Part shown: piece after piece, positions 47,010 through 57,486 of the stretch
Layout: each line of letters starts with the position of its first letter
Numbering within the stretch: the stretch's first letter is position 1
Source: Ruminococcus sp.
GTDB taxonomy: Bacteria; Bacillota; Clostridia; Oscillospirales; Ruminococcaceae
Direction: 5' to 3'
NCBI GenBank assembly: GCA_045641105.1
Contig: JAZUGG010000121.1
Span: 3,670-67,669 of the forward strand
Length of the DNA: 64,000 nucleotides
Notes under the pieces: generated by a model
What the model was told of the DNA's origin: nothing
What the model saw: the letters and a program-made list of their open reading frames with translations, nothing else
The model's database searches: none
Position numbers and translations under genes: made by a program

Positions 47010-47468
47010 TAAAACTTGTTAATATTTTCTTCACAAACAAAATTTTGTAAGAATTTCCTGAAATAGGAGAATTTGCTTGTATGAATTGAATAATAAAAAG
47101 ATGTTATACCTTTGAAAATAAAAGTTAAAATATAATAGTATATAATTAATTCAATAGGGTATTATAAGAAATTGCGGCTGTGTTCAAAAATAATTCATAA
47201 AAAAATTACATATTATGAATGTATTATGAAAATTGTTTTAAGATAAAGTGAATTGAATTATGTTATTTCCGTTATTGGTCAGAGTGCATAAAAACAACGT
47301 GAAAAAAACGTCGTATTGTGCAGTGACAGTACGTGAATCAGTAATTGACTTTGGGGTGAAAATGTGGTAAAATATACTATTATATAAGAACTCAATTGGT
47401 TCTGATACAGAAAAAGCAGTGGTCTATAAATGACACGCTGCAAAAATAAAATATCGGTGGGTGAAAAA

Positions 47469-48596
47469 ATGGGTAACTTCAACAAACATGATACAACAAG
47501 AGATGCCTGTCAGCTATACGGAAAACAGGCAAAAAACGGCTATGACTGGTGGTGGAATTCACTGACGGCATACCATGAAAAAACAGGCGCACCAAAACAG
47601 TTTTTCATCGAATTTTTTCTCTGTAATCCCGCACTTGGAAAAAATTATCCTGTATACGGTCAGCTGCCTGAAAATCAGCGCAAACACAGAAAACCGTCAT
47701 ATATGATGGTAAAAGTCGGAACATGGGGAAAAGATGCTGTACAGCTCAACCGCTTTTTCGGCTGGAAAAAAGTCAGGGTAAATATGAGCGATGATTTCTG
47801 CATAAGTGCGGACGACTGCCGTATCGATGAATATCATACATCAGGTACAGTGGACATTAATGCTGAAACAGCAGCTGAACATCCCGAAATGATGACTGAC
47901 AGCGGAAGTATGTCGTGGAATCTGCTTATCAATAAGAAGGTTGCGTATAATGTCGGATACGGCGCAGGCAGAACTTTCCGCAAAATGCAGCTTTTTGAGA
48001 TGTTCTGGCACGCAGAAGGTATGCAGACAGCTTTTGACGGCGAAATTATCCTGAACGGCGAGAAGTATATAGTGAAACCGAATACTTGTTTCGGCTATTC
48101 TGACAAGAACTGGGGCAGGGATTTTACGTCTCCGTGGGTGTGGCTGTCATCTAATGACCTTTACAGCAAGACGTTTAAATGCAGACTCAATGACAGTGTA
48201 TTCGATATCGGAGGAGGATGCCCGAAAATAGGTTGTATTGCGCTTAAAAGAAAGCTTTTGTCGGCATTCTGGTATGAGGGACAGTGTTTCGAGTTCAATT
48301 TCTCAAAATTCTGGGAATTTCCGACTACAAAATTTGACTGCCGTGAAACTGAGGATAAGGTGATATGGCACGTTGACCAGTCCGCACTCGGCAGGCGGAT
48401 GGTGGCGGATATCGTCTGTGACAAGGCTGATATGCTTTTGATAAATTATGAAGCACCGAACGGCAAAAAACTTCATAACAGGCTGTGGAACGGCGGAAAC
48501 GGCAGGGGACGCATCAGGCTTTATAAATGGGGAAAACTTGTTGATGAGATATTATGCCGGAATGTTGGCTGTGAATACGGTGAGTACGGCAAATAA
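47469..48596 (+). CDS. Tocopherol-cyclase-like protein
   Basis: GYDWWW, FFIEFF, GYSDKNWGRDF..PWVW aromatic motifs typical of this beta-barrel family. Confidence 0.7.
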   Translation: MGNFNKHDTTRDACQLYGKQAKNGYDWWWNSLTAYHEKTGAPKQFFIEFFLCNPALGKNYPVYGQLPENQRKHRKPSYMMVKVGTWGKDAVQLNRFFGWKKVRVNMSDDFCISADDCRIDEYHTSGTVDINAETAAEHPEMMTDSGSMSWNLLINKKVAYNVGYGAGRTFRKMQLFEMFWHAEGMQTAFDGEIILNGEKYIVKPNTCFGYSDKNWGRDFTSPWVWLSSNDLYSKTFKCRLNDSVFDIGGGCPKIGCIALKRKLLSAFWYEGQCFEFNFSKFWEFPTTKFDCRETEDKVIWHVDQSALGRRMVADIVCDKADMLLINYEAPNGKKLHNRLWNGGNGRGRIRLYKWGKLVDEILCRNVGCEYGEYGK

Positions 48597-48602
48597 TCAA
48601 TA

Positions 48603-48760
48603 GGGCACCTCTAAAAACCCCTTCTGAGAAAAAACAGCTATGTACAGCATATGCTGTGTCAATCCCTCTCGTAGTGCGAAAGCACGCCTTCAAGAGCTTT
48701 CCTTGCATCTGTTGCACCTATCTGTTTTTTCTTACTCAAAACGGGTTTTTAGAGATGCCC
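48603..48760. mobile_element. 158-bp MITE-like element, copy 2
   Basis: GGGCACCTCTAAAAACCC...GGGTTTTTAGAGATGCCC; AATA direct repeat on both flanks; 89% identical to copy 1. Confidence 0.8.
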
Positions 48761-48959
48761 AATAATTATATATGGCAACAATGCACAAAAATGACAACTA
48801 TTATCTGTGCACTGTTGCCATAACTTTTTTTCATGTTCCGGTAAAAATAGCCAAGACGCTGATTTTTTGAAGAATGTCGAAAATTGCTTGAAAAAAGCTG
48901 ATTTTAGTAGTATAATTAAAAACGTTTTCCACACAAAAATTCAGAAGTGAGGTAATTTT

Positions 48960-50651
48960 ATGTCAGAACAGGCTGTAAAACCAACCGAAGAAAAGCTGAA
49001 ACCGAAACTTTTCTCGGTACTGAAAAATTATTCAAAGGAGCAGTTCTTTAAGGATATCGTTGCAGGTATAGTTGTTGCCATAATCGCTATCCCGCTTTCA
49101 ATTGCCCTTGCACTTGCATCAGGCGTAAATCCTGAACAGGGACTTTATACAGCAATTGTTGCAGGTTTTATTGTATCCTTCCTCGGCGGAAGCCGTGTGC
49201 AGATCGCAGGCCCGACTGCCGCATTTGCTACGATAGTTGCAGGAATTGTAGCTTCAGAAGGCATGGACGGTTTGATTATCTCAACAATTATGGCAGGAAT
49301 CATTATGCTGATTATGGGCTTCTGCCGTTTCGGCGCACTCATAAAATATATCCCCGGAACTATAACGACAGGTTTTACATTCGGTATCGCCGTGACGATA
49401 CTTGTGGGACAGATCAAGGATTTTCTTGGCCTTACCTTCAAAAATTCACCGATAGAAACCGTTGATAAGATAAAGGAGGTATTCCTCTGCATCGACACAT
49501 TTAACTGGCAGGCGTTTGTTATTGGTCTAATATCACTTGCGATACTTGTTCTTTGGCCAAAAAAGCTTGAAAAGATACCTGCATCACTTATAGCAGTTCT
49601 TGTATGTTCGCTTATTGTAAATCTTTCGGATATGAAAGTCAATACCATAGGTGACTTGTATCAGATATCATCGTCACTTCCGCATCTCACAATTCCTGAC
49701 GTGACTTTTGCAAGAGTCAAGGCACTTATCCCGAATGCATTTACAATAGCTGTTCTTGCGGCTGTTGAATCACTGCTTTCATGTGTTGTATCCGATGGTA
49801 TGGTAGGTTCAAAGCACCGCTCAAATATGGAACTTATTGCACAGGGTACTGCAAATATCGGTTCTGCGCTCTTTGGCGGTATCCCTGCAACAGGAGCTAT
49901 TGCAAGAACAGCCGCAAACGTAAAGAACGGCGGCAGAACACCTGTTTCAGGCATGGTTCATTCAGTTGTTGTTCTTCTTATTCTATGTATTCTCATGCCG
50001 AAAGCATCGCTTATTCCAATGCCGACAATTGCGGCTATTCTTTTTGTTGTAGCATATAATATGTGCGGCTGGAGAAATATCAGAAATACACTTCGTACAG
50101 CACCTAAAAGCGATGTTGCAGTTCTCTTTGTGACACTTATTTTTACGGTTGTATTTGACCTCGTTGTTGCAATTGGTGTAGGTCTTGTACTTGCCGCTCT
50201 GCTCTTTATGAAGCGTATGGCAGACGTTACAGAAGGTCATGTATGGATTGATGTTGATGATGAGGAAACTGATCCTGATAATATCCTCCTGAAAAAAATT
50301 CCTGAAAGAACCCGTGTTTATGAAATAAACGGTCCTATGTTCTTTGCGGCAACGGACAAGTTCAGATTTGTTCTTTCCGATAAGAATATTGATGTACTTT
50401 GCATAAGAATGAGAAATGTTCCTGCGATTGATGCCTCAGGTGTTGAAATGCTGATGAGTGTAGTCAAAAGATGCAAAAAGCATAAAATAGAGGTCATATT
50501 CTCTCATGTAAATGAACAGCCGATGAAAGCAATGGAAAAGGCTGGATTCTTTGAACAGATAGGCAGAGAAAACTTCTGCGATCATATCGATACCGCACTT
50601 CTGAGGGCAGAAGAAATTGAGAATGGCATTAAGCAAAATAAAAAGAATTAA
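48960..50651 (+). CDS. SulP/SLC26 anion transporter with STAS domain
   Basis: DIVAGIVV...PLSIALA, GLYTA, QIAGPT, ESLL, NMELIAQG, ARTAAN, C-terminal STAS (GPMFF, IDASG). TTGAAA-17-TATAAT at 48888-48916. Confidence 0.92.
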   Translation: MSEQAVKPTEEKLKPKLFSVLKNYSKEQFFKDIVAGIVVAIIAIPLSIALALASGVNPEQGLYTAIVAGFIVSFLGGSRVQIAGPTAAFATIVAGIVASEGMDGLIISTIMAGIIMLIMGFCRFGALIKYIPGTITTGFTFGIAVTILVGQIKDFLGLTFKNSPIETVDKIKEVFLCIDTFNWQAFVIGLISLAILVLWPKKLEKIPASLIAVLVCSLIVNLSDMKVNTIGDLYQISSSLPHLTIPDVTFARVKALIPNAFTIAVLAAVESLLSCVVSDGMVGSKHRSNMELIAQGTANIGSALFGGIPATGAIARTAANVKNGGRTPVSGMVHSVVVLLILCILMPKASLIPMPTIAAILFVVAYNMCGWRNIRNTLRTAPKSDVAVLFVTLIFTVVFDLVVAIGVGLVLAALLFMKRMADVTEGHVWIDVDDEETDPDNILLKKIPERTRVYEINGPMFFAATDKFRFVLSDKNIDVLCIRMRNVPAIDASGVEMLMSVVKRCKKHKIEVIFSHVNEQPMKAMEKAGFFEQIGRENFCDHIDTALLRAEEIENGIKQNKKN

Positions 50652-50663
50652 ATAATGGTATAT

Positions 50664-50697
50664 ACCGCACAAATAACACTATATGTTTTTGTGCGGT
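50664..50697 (+). terminator. Hairpin family copy D
   Basis: ACCGCACAAA...TTTGTGCGGT directly after the SulP gene. Confidence 0.6.
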
Positions 50698-50729
50698 TTA
50701 CTATTTTAAATGTTTTTGTACAAAAAGGC

Positions 50730-50758
50730 TTGACAAACACTGATTTTTATTGTATAAT
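50730..50758 (+). promoter_or_regulatory. Perfect-consensus sigmaA promoter
   Basis: TTGACA-17 bp-TATAAT. Confidence 0.8.
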
Positions 50759-50819
50759 CAAGTAAAAGCATTGTTCTTTCATATATACCAATTAATCAAT
50801 TATAAAGGAGTGTGGAGTT

Positions 50820-51134
50820 ATGAAATTTAACGAATTACAACTTGAACATGGAACAGGCGGAAAATATTTTGGAGCAGATTCTTCAATGGTCTGGAATCTT
50901 GAAGAAAAGCTTCATACCGCTTTCAGAGCAAACATTGTCGCAGAAGCCAAAAAAATAGCTCAGGTTATCATTGATACGGGATATTCGGAGGCAATACAGG
51001 ATGTTATCGAGCCATACCGCAATATTAAGAGATATATGAGCTATGCAAAGTATCTTATCAACGATGATGTCAACGATGCTATTAAGGCTGTTGAAAGAAT
51101 GATAGGGTATTACCCCGAAGTAAAACACGACTAA
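50820..51134 (+). CDS. Hypothetical protein, 104 aa
   Basis: Own promoter, RBS AAGGAG/GGAG and terminator; no recognised motif. Confidence 0.7.
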   Translation: MKFNELQLEHGTGGKYFGADSSMVWNLEEKLHTAFRANIVAEAKKIAQVIIDTGYSEAIQDVIEPYRNIKRYMSYAKYLINDDVNDAIKAVERMIGYYPEVKHD

Positions 51135-51145
51135 AATGTAACAGA

Positions 51146-51178
51146 AAGGCGGCAGATGAGTTTCTGCCGCCTTATTTT
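51146..51178. terminator. Terminator hairpin between convergent genes
   Basis: AAGGCGGCAGA-loop-TCTGCCGCCTT followed by ATTTT. Confidence 0.75.
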
Positions 51179-51234
51179 GTACTGTATCATACGTATTCGG
51201 TATGATGCAGTTTTCGTTTCATTTATTGATATTC

Positions 51235-54200
51235 TTATTCCTTCCCCTTGCCGATGATATTTGTAAGCTGGAGAATGACTTCGCTGAAATAGCGCTTGTT
51301 GACATCATTGATATTTATCGGCTTGCTGTAATCGGAAGCTTTGAAGAATTTGAGCTTTTCAATAGTAACATCTTCCGAGCCGTATTCAAAAACGCCGATA
51401 TATGTGCCTGAGAACGAAAGTTCAGCGATATATCCGAGATTTTCACAGCTTCCGTCAGGATTGCGTTTAAGGCCAGAGATATCCTTGCGGAGAAATTCCA
51501 TGAACCAGCCTGCATCCTGAGCCTGACCTTTATCCCAGCCGTACTTTGTCATTCTTCCGCAGAGAGCCTGATTATCGATTTCTTCACCGTCAAATCTGTC
51601 TATCTCATTCTTTGAAAGTTCCTTGTCCTCAGCGGTGAATATCTCTCTTGAAATTTGTGGGAATGGCTGAGTTATCTCATAATCCGAAAGCTGTTCAGCC
51701 CATGTACTGCGCTCATCTTCGGTAAGCTCGATAGGATGAACAAGACCGATAAGTGCATTTTCTGTCAGTTCAAATTCGTCCTCGTCGGAAGTGGTGAATG
51801 AGCCGTCATCGAGGTAGCGGAATGTCGTGACGAGCTTGCTGTCCTCGTATGTGCCCCAGATAAGACCGATAGCAAAGCAGTGCATAACAGGATTAGCAAC
51901 AAAAAGCTTTTTCCAGTTTTCGGCAGTCCATTTTCTGTCGCACATAAGTACATATTCCAGACGAGCCTTCTGTGATGCAACGACATTTTTCATCTGTTTT
52001 TTCATTTCTTTGAATTCATTGTATGACTTCTCGGCAATTTCAGCATCATCAGAAGCACCAGGTTTAGGCATGGATTTGACTTTTTTATCACCGTTGAATA
52101 TTTCGATTTCAAGGTCAGGAGTGAGGTAAACATTGAACTGACGCTTGCCGTAGTCAAATACTCTGCACATTTTTTCGTCAAATCCCATATCAGGAACAAT
52201 TCTGTCGGAAAGCTCCTCTTTGGTGATGCCAAGCTGGTCAGCGGCATAGATAAGGGCATTGTTAGCGGCAGAGCGTACCTGTTTGTTTTTGAATTTGCGG
52301 GACATATTGTCCACGTTCATGAGTGCGGCAGAACTTCCGTTGAGAGCAAGAGCCTTTACAGCTTCTGCGGCAATTGCACTTCGCATTTTTTCAGCCCAAT
52401 ACTTGATGTAGTACATAAGGTTGTCTATCATATCAGAACCGCCGTAAACGCCTGAGAAATAGAGCACCCATTTTGTTTTGGCAGCCGCACCGTCTTCAAC
52501 CCATTTGCCGAAAAGTTCGTTTGCAAAACGAGTAAGGTCATTTTTGTTCAGCATATCTGAGAATTTTTCTGCGATAGGATTGACAATGCCTGCCTCCGGA
52601 GCATAGCACATTATGAGGCTTTTCAGGATATCCGAGGACTCATCAGAGCCGTCTTTGAGGTGAACAGGGGAGTATTTGCCTTCCCATACCCAGTCTATCT
52701 TTTTTGCACGATTTCCGCCGATAAGTTTCTTAATTTCATCTTCAATTGACAAAGCCGCAGCAGCAGTATCATTAGATACATTTTTCTGACCGAGCAGAAC
52801 GGCGATCCTGTTTTTGAGTTTATCGGATTTTTCAGTTTCAAGAGCCTTGCTGAGGGCATCGGTAAATTCAGCAGCGCCTTTTTTCTCGATTATTGAAACA
52901 GCTGTTTCACGAATTGCGCTCTTTTTTGATAAAAGGAGTGCGGCTATTTCGTCATCCCATTTGGAATTTGCGATAATCGGGATAAGTTTTTCTTTTACGG
53001 CTTTGCTTGTATCCGAAGTTAGTGAGAGAAGAAGTTCCTTGTTTCTGTTTGGATTTTTGCCTATGACATCAATAAGAATTAAACGTGAATAAAGCGGGAA
53101 TCCGTCAGGCTTGACATCCGAGAATATATTCGGATATTTTTCAAGAGCATTCAGAGCAAAGCTCATTTCCTCATTGATGCTGTATGAATAGAAACCTGCC
53201 ATAAGATTGCCGAGCATATAAAGAACAACGTCGGCAGGAATTTTCTCATTCATCATAGCATCTATAAGCTTGCTTTCCTTTTTTGACATACTTATGCCTG
53301 TATGATATGATATATTACTGCTTGGATCGTCTGTACAGAGAAGCGTTACGAATATACTGTGCAATATAAGTTCATCAAAACCGTATGAAGAACAGTATGA
53401 ACTGCCGTTTTTCCAGCGGTATGAGCCGATTTTCTTATCCTTTATCAGCGGATATATCTCATTGAATGTAGTTTTTCCAAGAAGATAATTTCTGACAGCC
53501 TCAGAAGCATCGTTGTCATCAAACTTAGCGGCAACAGTATTGACCATCTGCATTTTAATGTCAGAGAGCTGCTTTTCAATGTCGATTTTTATTTCCGGCT
53601 TTTCGGATTTGAGAATATTATACATAATTTTTATTATGTCAGGTGCGTCACTTGCAGCAATGGCAGAAACGTAATCCTCTGTATATTCACGGGCAAGTCT
53701 TTTGAAAACTTCTTTTTTATCAAGGCAGTGCTGGGCAAGAGCGGTAATGTATTCAGCATTGACAAATTCCTGAATATTTGTAATAGCATCGAAAAATCTG
53801 TCTGAAAAACGATAGCTGCATCGTATAATACTGTCGATATCAAGTTTTTTAATATTATCGCTGAACAGCTTTTTAAGCTTTTCGGAGAAGAATGAGCCTT
53901 CGCCGACAGCAACAAGGTCATTACTGATACTATAATATCCTGAAATATCAACACTATGATTTGAGAAGTAATCCTCAATAATTCTGACAGCTTTTTCTGC
54001 GGTATCAGAAAGGCTGTTTTTATCCTTTGGAAGAGGCTGATTCTGAAGGATTCTGGTACTTAATAAAATTGAATAATAATCTGATTTTTTTCTTGTAATT
54101 TCAGCCGCTTTTAAAAGAAGTTCAGTATTTTTACATTCCACATCTTTCAAAGCTATGAGGATATGCACCTGTGCATCAGCTTCGCCGTACTCTGAAATAA

Positions 54201-54549
54201 GAGCATCTTTTATCTTTGCATTTGCATCATCATAAGCACCTCTGAGATATTTGCAGCAATCACTGCCTGTAAGCTTATACAGAGCAATGATGAAACGCTG
54301 AGTAAGTTCGTCATCTCTTTTCTTTTTGATATCGGAAGTGACAGCATTAAAAAAATTATATGTAGCATTGTTGTAAAAAAAACTCTCACCTGTGGGAATA
54401 CTTTTAATGTTATCAAGAAGTTTACTGTCACGTTCATTGTCAGTATCGATATACGCAATGAAATTGCCGATAGTTTCAGCATTGATTCCGAGCCCTGTCA
54501 TAGCCTCTGAGAGTTTGTCGAATTTGTTAGAGCCGTTTGAGTAGATCAT
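51235..54549 (-). CDS. DUF4132 domain protein (MolR/YehI-like) with HEAT-like helical repeats
   Basis: C-terminal AAKTKW...YGG, KQVRSAA..AL..AA..LGIT.EEL.DR.VPD.GFD, RLE..L...R.W, LIWG, LVHPIEL, W......ITQPF.QI.R. Confidence 0.85.
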   Translation of the reverse strand: MIYSNGSNKFDKLSEAMTGLGINAETIGNFIAYIDTDNERDSKLLDNIKSIPTGESFFYNNATYNFFNAVTSDIKKKRDDELTQRFIIALYKLTGSDCCKYLRGAYDDANAKIKDALISEYGEADAQVHILIALKDVECKNTELLLKAAEITRKKSDYYSILLSTRILQNQPLPKDKNSLSDTAEKAVRIIEDYFSNHSVDISGYYSISNDLVAVGEGSFFSEKLKKLFSDNIKKLDIDSIIRCSYRFSDRFFDAITNIQEFVNAEYITALAQHCLDKKEVFKRLAREYTEDYVSAIAASDAPDIIKIMYNILKSEKPEIKIDIEKQLSDIKMQMVNTVAAKFDDNDASEAVRNYLLGKTTFNEIYPLIKDKKIGSYRWKNGSSYCSSYGFDELILHSIFVTLLCTDDPSSNISYHTGISMSKKESKLIDAMMNEKIPADVVLYMLGNLMAGFYSYSINEEMSFALNALEKYPNIFSDVKPDGFPLYSRLILIDVIGKNPNRNKELLLSLTSDTSKAVKEKLIPIIANSKWDDEIAALLLSKKSAIRETAVSIIEKKGAAEFTDALSKALETEKSDKLKNRIAVLLGQKNVSNDTAAAALSIEDEIKKLIGGNRAKKIDWVWEGKYSPVHLKDGSDESSDILKSLIMCYAPEAGIVNPIAEKFSDMLNKNDLTRFANELFGKWVEDGAAAKTKWVLYFSGVYGGSDMIDNLMYYIKYWAEKMRSAIAAEAVKALALNGSSAALMNVDNMSRKFKNKQVRSAANNALIYAADQLGITKEELSDRIVPDMGFDEKMCRVFDYGKRQFNVYLTPDLEIEIFNGDKKVKSMPKPGASDDAEIAEKSYNEFKEMKKQMKNVVASQKARLEYVLMCDRKWTAENWKKLFVANPVMHCFAIGLIWGTYEDSKLVTTFRYLDDGSFTTSDEDEFELTENALIGLVHPIELTEDERSTWAEQLSDYEITQPFPQISREIFTAEDKELSKNEIDRFDGEEIDNQALCGRMTKYGWDKGQAQDAGWFMEFLRKDISGLKRNPDGSCENLGYIAELSFSGTYIGVFEYGSEDVTIEKLKFFKASDYSKPININDVNKRYFSEVILQLTNIIGKGKE

Positions 54550-54567
54550 AATATATCATCCTTTCAT

Positions 54568-56331
54568 TCACTGCATAGCAGTTATTATTTCAAGTTTTTT
54601 GCGTGCAGCGGCGATATATGTAAGAATATCGTTCATCAGCACGATAATGTCTGTGATGGTTTTATCACCGCCGTGACGGTATGAATCTGCGGCAGACATA
54701 AATTCCGCAGTCATTTTTGCAAGTCCTTTCAAACCGCAGTTTTTTGTTTTATTTTCAAGTTCTTTGTCATTTATCACGCCGGATTGCAGACCGCACTGGA
54801 GTGTAAGTTCGATTTTATTCTGAACATCTCCGAGGACATTGAGAACAGCACGGGCATAATATGCATCTTCTTCAGAAAAACGGTATTCATCAGGGAGAAC
54901 ATAGTTTCTGTGCGGCTGAGGAGTGATGAAATCATAAACTTCAATAGGAAAGAAATTCAGTTTCCCATTATCGATATAGGCAGAAACCAGCATGACAAAA
55001 TATGTATCAGGATTTTCAAGTATTTTTTTGCCGATTTTTTCAAGAGTTTCAATAAAATCTTTGGTTTCGGCACGGTATTTCACCTTGATGTCAGTCGTTC
55101 TGCCATTGCAGTCCTCAATATTCATGACAAAAGTCTGGGTATATTTGTCAAATGTCGAAGAACTTATCTTTGTCGGGTGAATGAAGAACAGTCTGTCAGC
55201 CTCGCTCTGAATGTCACGGCTGAAAAGTTCAGTGCAAACAGCCGAAAAGTCGTCATAAATAAGCTCATGTATCTCATGGCAGTCAAGATTTGCGGCAGCC
55301 TGTGAAAGCAGTGATGTCTCCTGAGAGGAGGAAAGTTTGCCGCCGTTTATTTTGGCATTGCCAAGAACCATTTGAGTTCGCATCATATTTTTCAGCGGAG
55401 TGCCGAGTCCCCACGGAACTACATTCTGTACGGCAGTCCGACGTCTTTCGGATACTTCATAGAATACAGGACGCAGGTCTGAAAGTGTAAGAAAACGCTG
55501 TTCTGCATTCTTATCCATATTCAGAAAATAGTACACATCGCCCTCATACTCGCCGCCTGAGACCTGCCGCTGACCGATTGGAAGAATGGTCAGTTTGTCA
55601 CCGTATGAATCATATTTCTGGCGGAAAACACCAAGTTCTTCGGCTGTGATATCCTTTTCGTAAAGGCGGCTGAGAAGCTTCACGCAGTCAAAGAATTTTT
55701 CTGAGAATGCCCGTATGCTGAACGAAGCACGTCTTGCAATACAGTCGCCAAGTCTGCCGCCGAGGTCACGTACAGCACGTTCCGCATCAGCCATTTTCAG
55801 CGAATGACAGCGGACAGCGTTGACTTCAAGTGTTTCAGCCTCCGCATCAGGAACACGCACAAGACCATGTTTAAGGATATCTTCAAGTGACGCAAGAGAC
55901 TGCTTTGCACAGAGATTGATTTTTTCTATCTGTTTTTCGGTGAGTTTTTCGGTCGCAATTTCAGGTTCAGGCTGTGTTTCGGGCTTTTTTTCGGGAACAT
56001 CTTCTGAATTTGATTCTGTCTGCGGTTCAGTTTTTTCACTGTCAGCTTCCTCAGCCGCAGATTCGGGAACAGTGCTTTTCATAAGCAGAATAGCCGATAG
56101 AATATGCCTGCAAACAGTACGTGAAACGCATGAGCATTTGCATTCCGTCAACGGTGCTTTCAGCGTGACTGTTTCGCCGCTGACGGAAACCTCAGCCGTA
56201 TCGCCGTTAATTTTTATATCGGGAGCAACGCCGTCAATATCCTTAACAGCACGTTTATACAGTCCCTTGTTTGCGAGACTGACGAGAAAATCCTCATCAG
56301 CCGCCGCAACAGCTTTTATAAGTTCATTCAT
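54568..56331 (-). CDS. SWIM zinc-finger protein (YehQ-like)
   Basis: L..LANKGLYKRA.K N-terminus and CKCSCVSRTVCRH (CxC-x5-CxH); RBS AGGAGG. Confidence 0.85.
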   Translation of the reverse strand: MNELIKAVAAADEDFLVSLANKGLYKRAVKDIDGVAPDIKINGDTAEVSVSGETVTLKAPLTECKCSCVSRTVCRHILSAILLMKSTVPESAAEEADSEKTEPQTESNSEDVPEKKPETQPEPEIATEKLTEKQIEKINLCAKQSLASLEDILKHGLVRVPDAEAETLEVNAVRCHSLKMADAERAVRDLGGRLGDCIARRASFSIRAFSEKFFDCVKLLSRLYEKDITAEELGVFRQKYDSYGDKLTILPIGQRQVSGGEYEGDVYYFLNMDKNAEQRFLTLSDLRPVFYEVSERRRTAVQNVVPWGLGTPLKNMMRTQMVLGNAKINGGKLSSSQETSLLSQAAANLDCHEIHELIYDDFSAVCTELFSRDIQSEADRLFFIHPTKISSSTFDKYTQTFVMNIEDCNGRTTDIKVKYRAETKDFIETLEKIGKKILENPDTYFVMLVSAYIDNGKLNFFPIEVYDFITPQPHRNYVLPDEYRFSEEDAYYARAVLNVLGDVQNKIELTLQCGLQSGVINDKELENKTKNCGLKGLAKMTAEFMSAADSYRHGGDKTITDIIVLMNDILTYIAAARKKLEIITAMQ

Positions 56332-56349
56332 AATTGCACCTCCTGACCG

Positions 56350-57486
56350 TCAGCTGAATATCCTGCCGAGGTAATCGCCGAGCTGTTCAGGTGTCATAGC
56401 GCCGACGAATGCGCCCATATCCGCAAGTTTCTGACCGAGAGTGCGGTCAAATGCAGGATTAGCCTCCTCATCAAGAGCAGTCAGAAAGCTGAGTTTTGCG
56501 CCGCTTGTAATGATATTGCGGCTTGTATTGAGAAGATATTTTTCTGATGCGCCCTCATACAGGTCAGTGACGATAATCACAGCAGTCTGGAGCGGTGTAT
56601 CGATAAGCTGTTCGCAGTATGCGGCGGCTTTTCCGATATCAGTACCGCCGCCAAGCTGAACACTCATAAGAATTTGTGCAGGATCATCAGCATAGTCTGA
56701 AAGGTCAACAACACTGGTATCGAAAATAATGAGTTTCAGTTCAGCAAACGGCAGACTTGCAATTATCTGAGCCATTACAGCACTGTGAATGATAGAGCCT
56801 GTCATCGAGCCGCTTTCGTCAATTGCAATAATAACACGCTTGTTATTGTATTTTTTGACACGGTTGCTGAAATAGATATCCTTTAAAATAAGCTTCTGCG
56901 ATTCTGTATCGAAATTCTTGAGATTTCTGCGAATCGTTTTGGTGATATCAAGGTTTCTTGCCGAATGTACGGGACTTGAGCTGTTTCTGTCGATACGTCC
57001 GAGAATTGAGCGCTTTACATCATTTTCGAGTTTATGCCGCAGTTCCTCTGCGACCTGACGGGCGATATTCCTGGCAGTTTCAAGGACTTCGCCTTTCATG
57101 AGATGTTTCAGCTGGAGAATGGTTTTGAGCAGATCCATATCAGGCGTAATTTTTTGCAGTACATCATTATCAGTAAGCAGTTCGGTCATATGGAATTCTT
57201 CAAGGGCGTGTTTTTCCATAATTTCAGCGGTTTTCTTTGGAAAAAGTGTTCGTACCTTAGTTATCCAGTCAGCGGCTGAAATAACTGACGGACTTAGACT
57301 GCCGCCACGTTCGCCTGTGCGTACATCATCACCCTGAGAGCGGCTGTACAGGTAGTCAAGAAGCTGTTCCATATCCGTAAATGAAGCCACATCTCTTGTA
57401 CTTCCTGAGAAAGAAAGCTGTTTGTCTGAAAGACTGCCGAGGATAAGCCTCCACCTGTTTACAGAAGTTTCCGGATTGCTGTTCAT
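56350..57486 (-). CDS. VWA domain protein (YehP/CoxE-like)
   Basis: RWRLILG N-terminus; MIDAS IDESGSM, LGGGTDIG, VTDLYEG; ATGA overlap with the upstream gene. Confidence 0.88.
   Translation of the reverse strand: MNSNPETSVNRWRLILGSLSDKQLSFSGSTRDVASFTDMEQLLDYLYSRSQGDDVRTGERGGSLSPSVISAADWITKVRTLFPKKTAEIMEKHALEEFHMTELLTDNDVLQKITPDMDLLKTILQLKHLMKGEVLETARNIARQVAEELRHKLENDVKRSILGRIDRNSSSPVHSARNLDITKTIRRNLKNFDTESQKLILKDIYFSNRVKKYNNKRVIIAIDESGSMTGSIIHSAVMAQIIASLPFAELKLIIFDTSVVDLSDYADDPAQILMSVQLGGGTDIGKAAAYCEQLIDTPLQTAVIIVTDLYEGASEKYLLNTSRNIITSGAKLSFLTALDEEANPAFDRTLGQKLADMGAFVGAMTPEQLGDYLGRIFS

Noticed and set aside
47010-47430. Long AT-rich intergenic region as a possible sRNA or origin
   Set aside because: No DnaA-box array, repeats or promoter-terminator pair that I could support.
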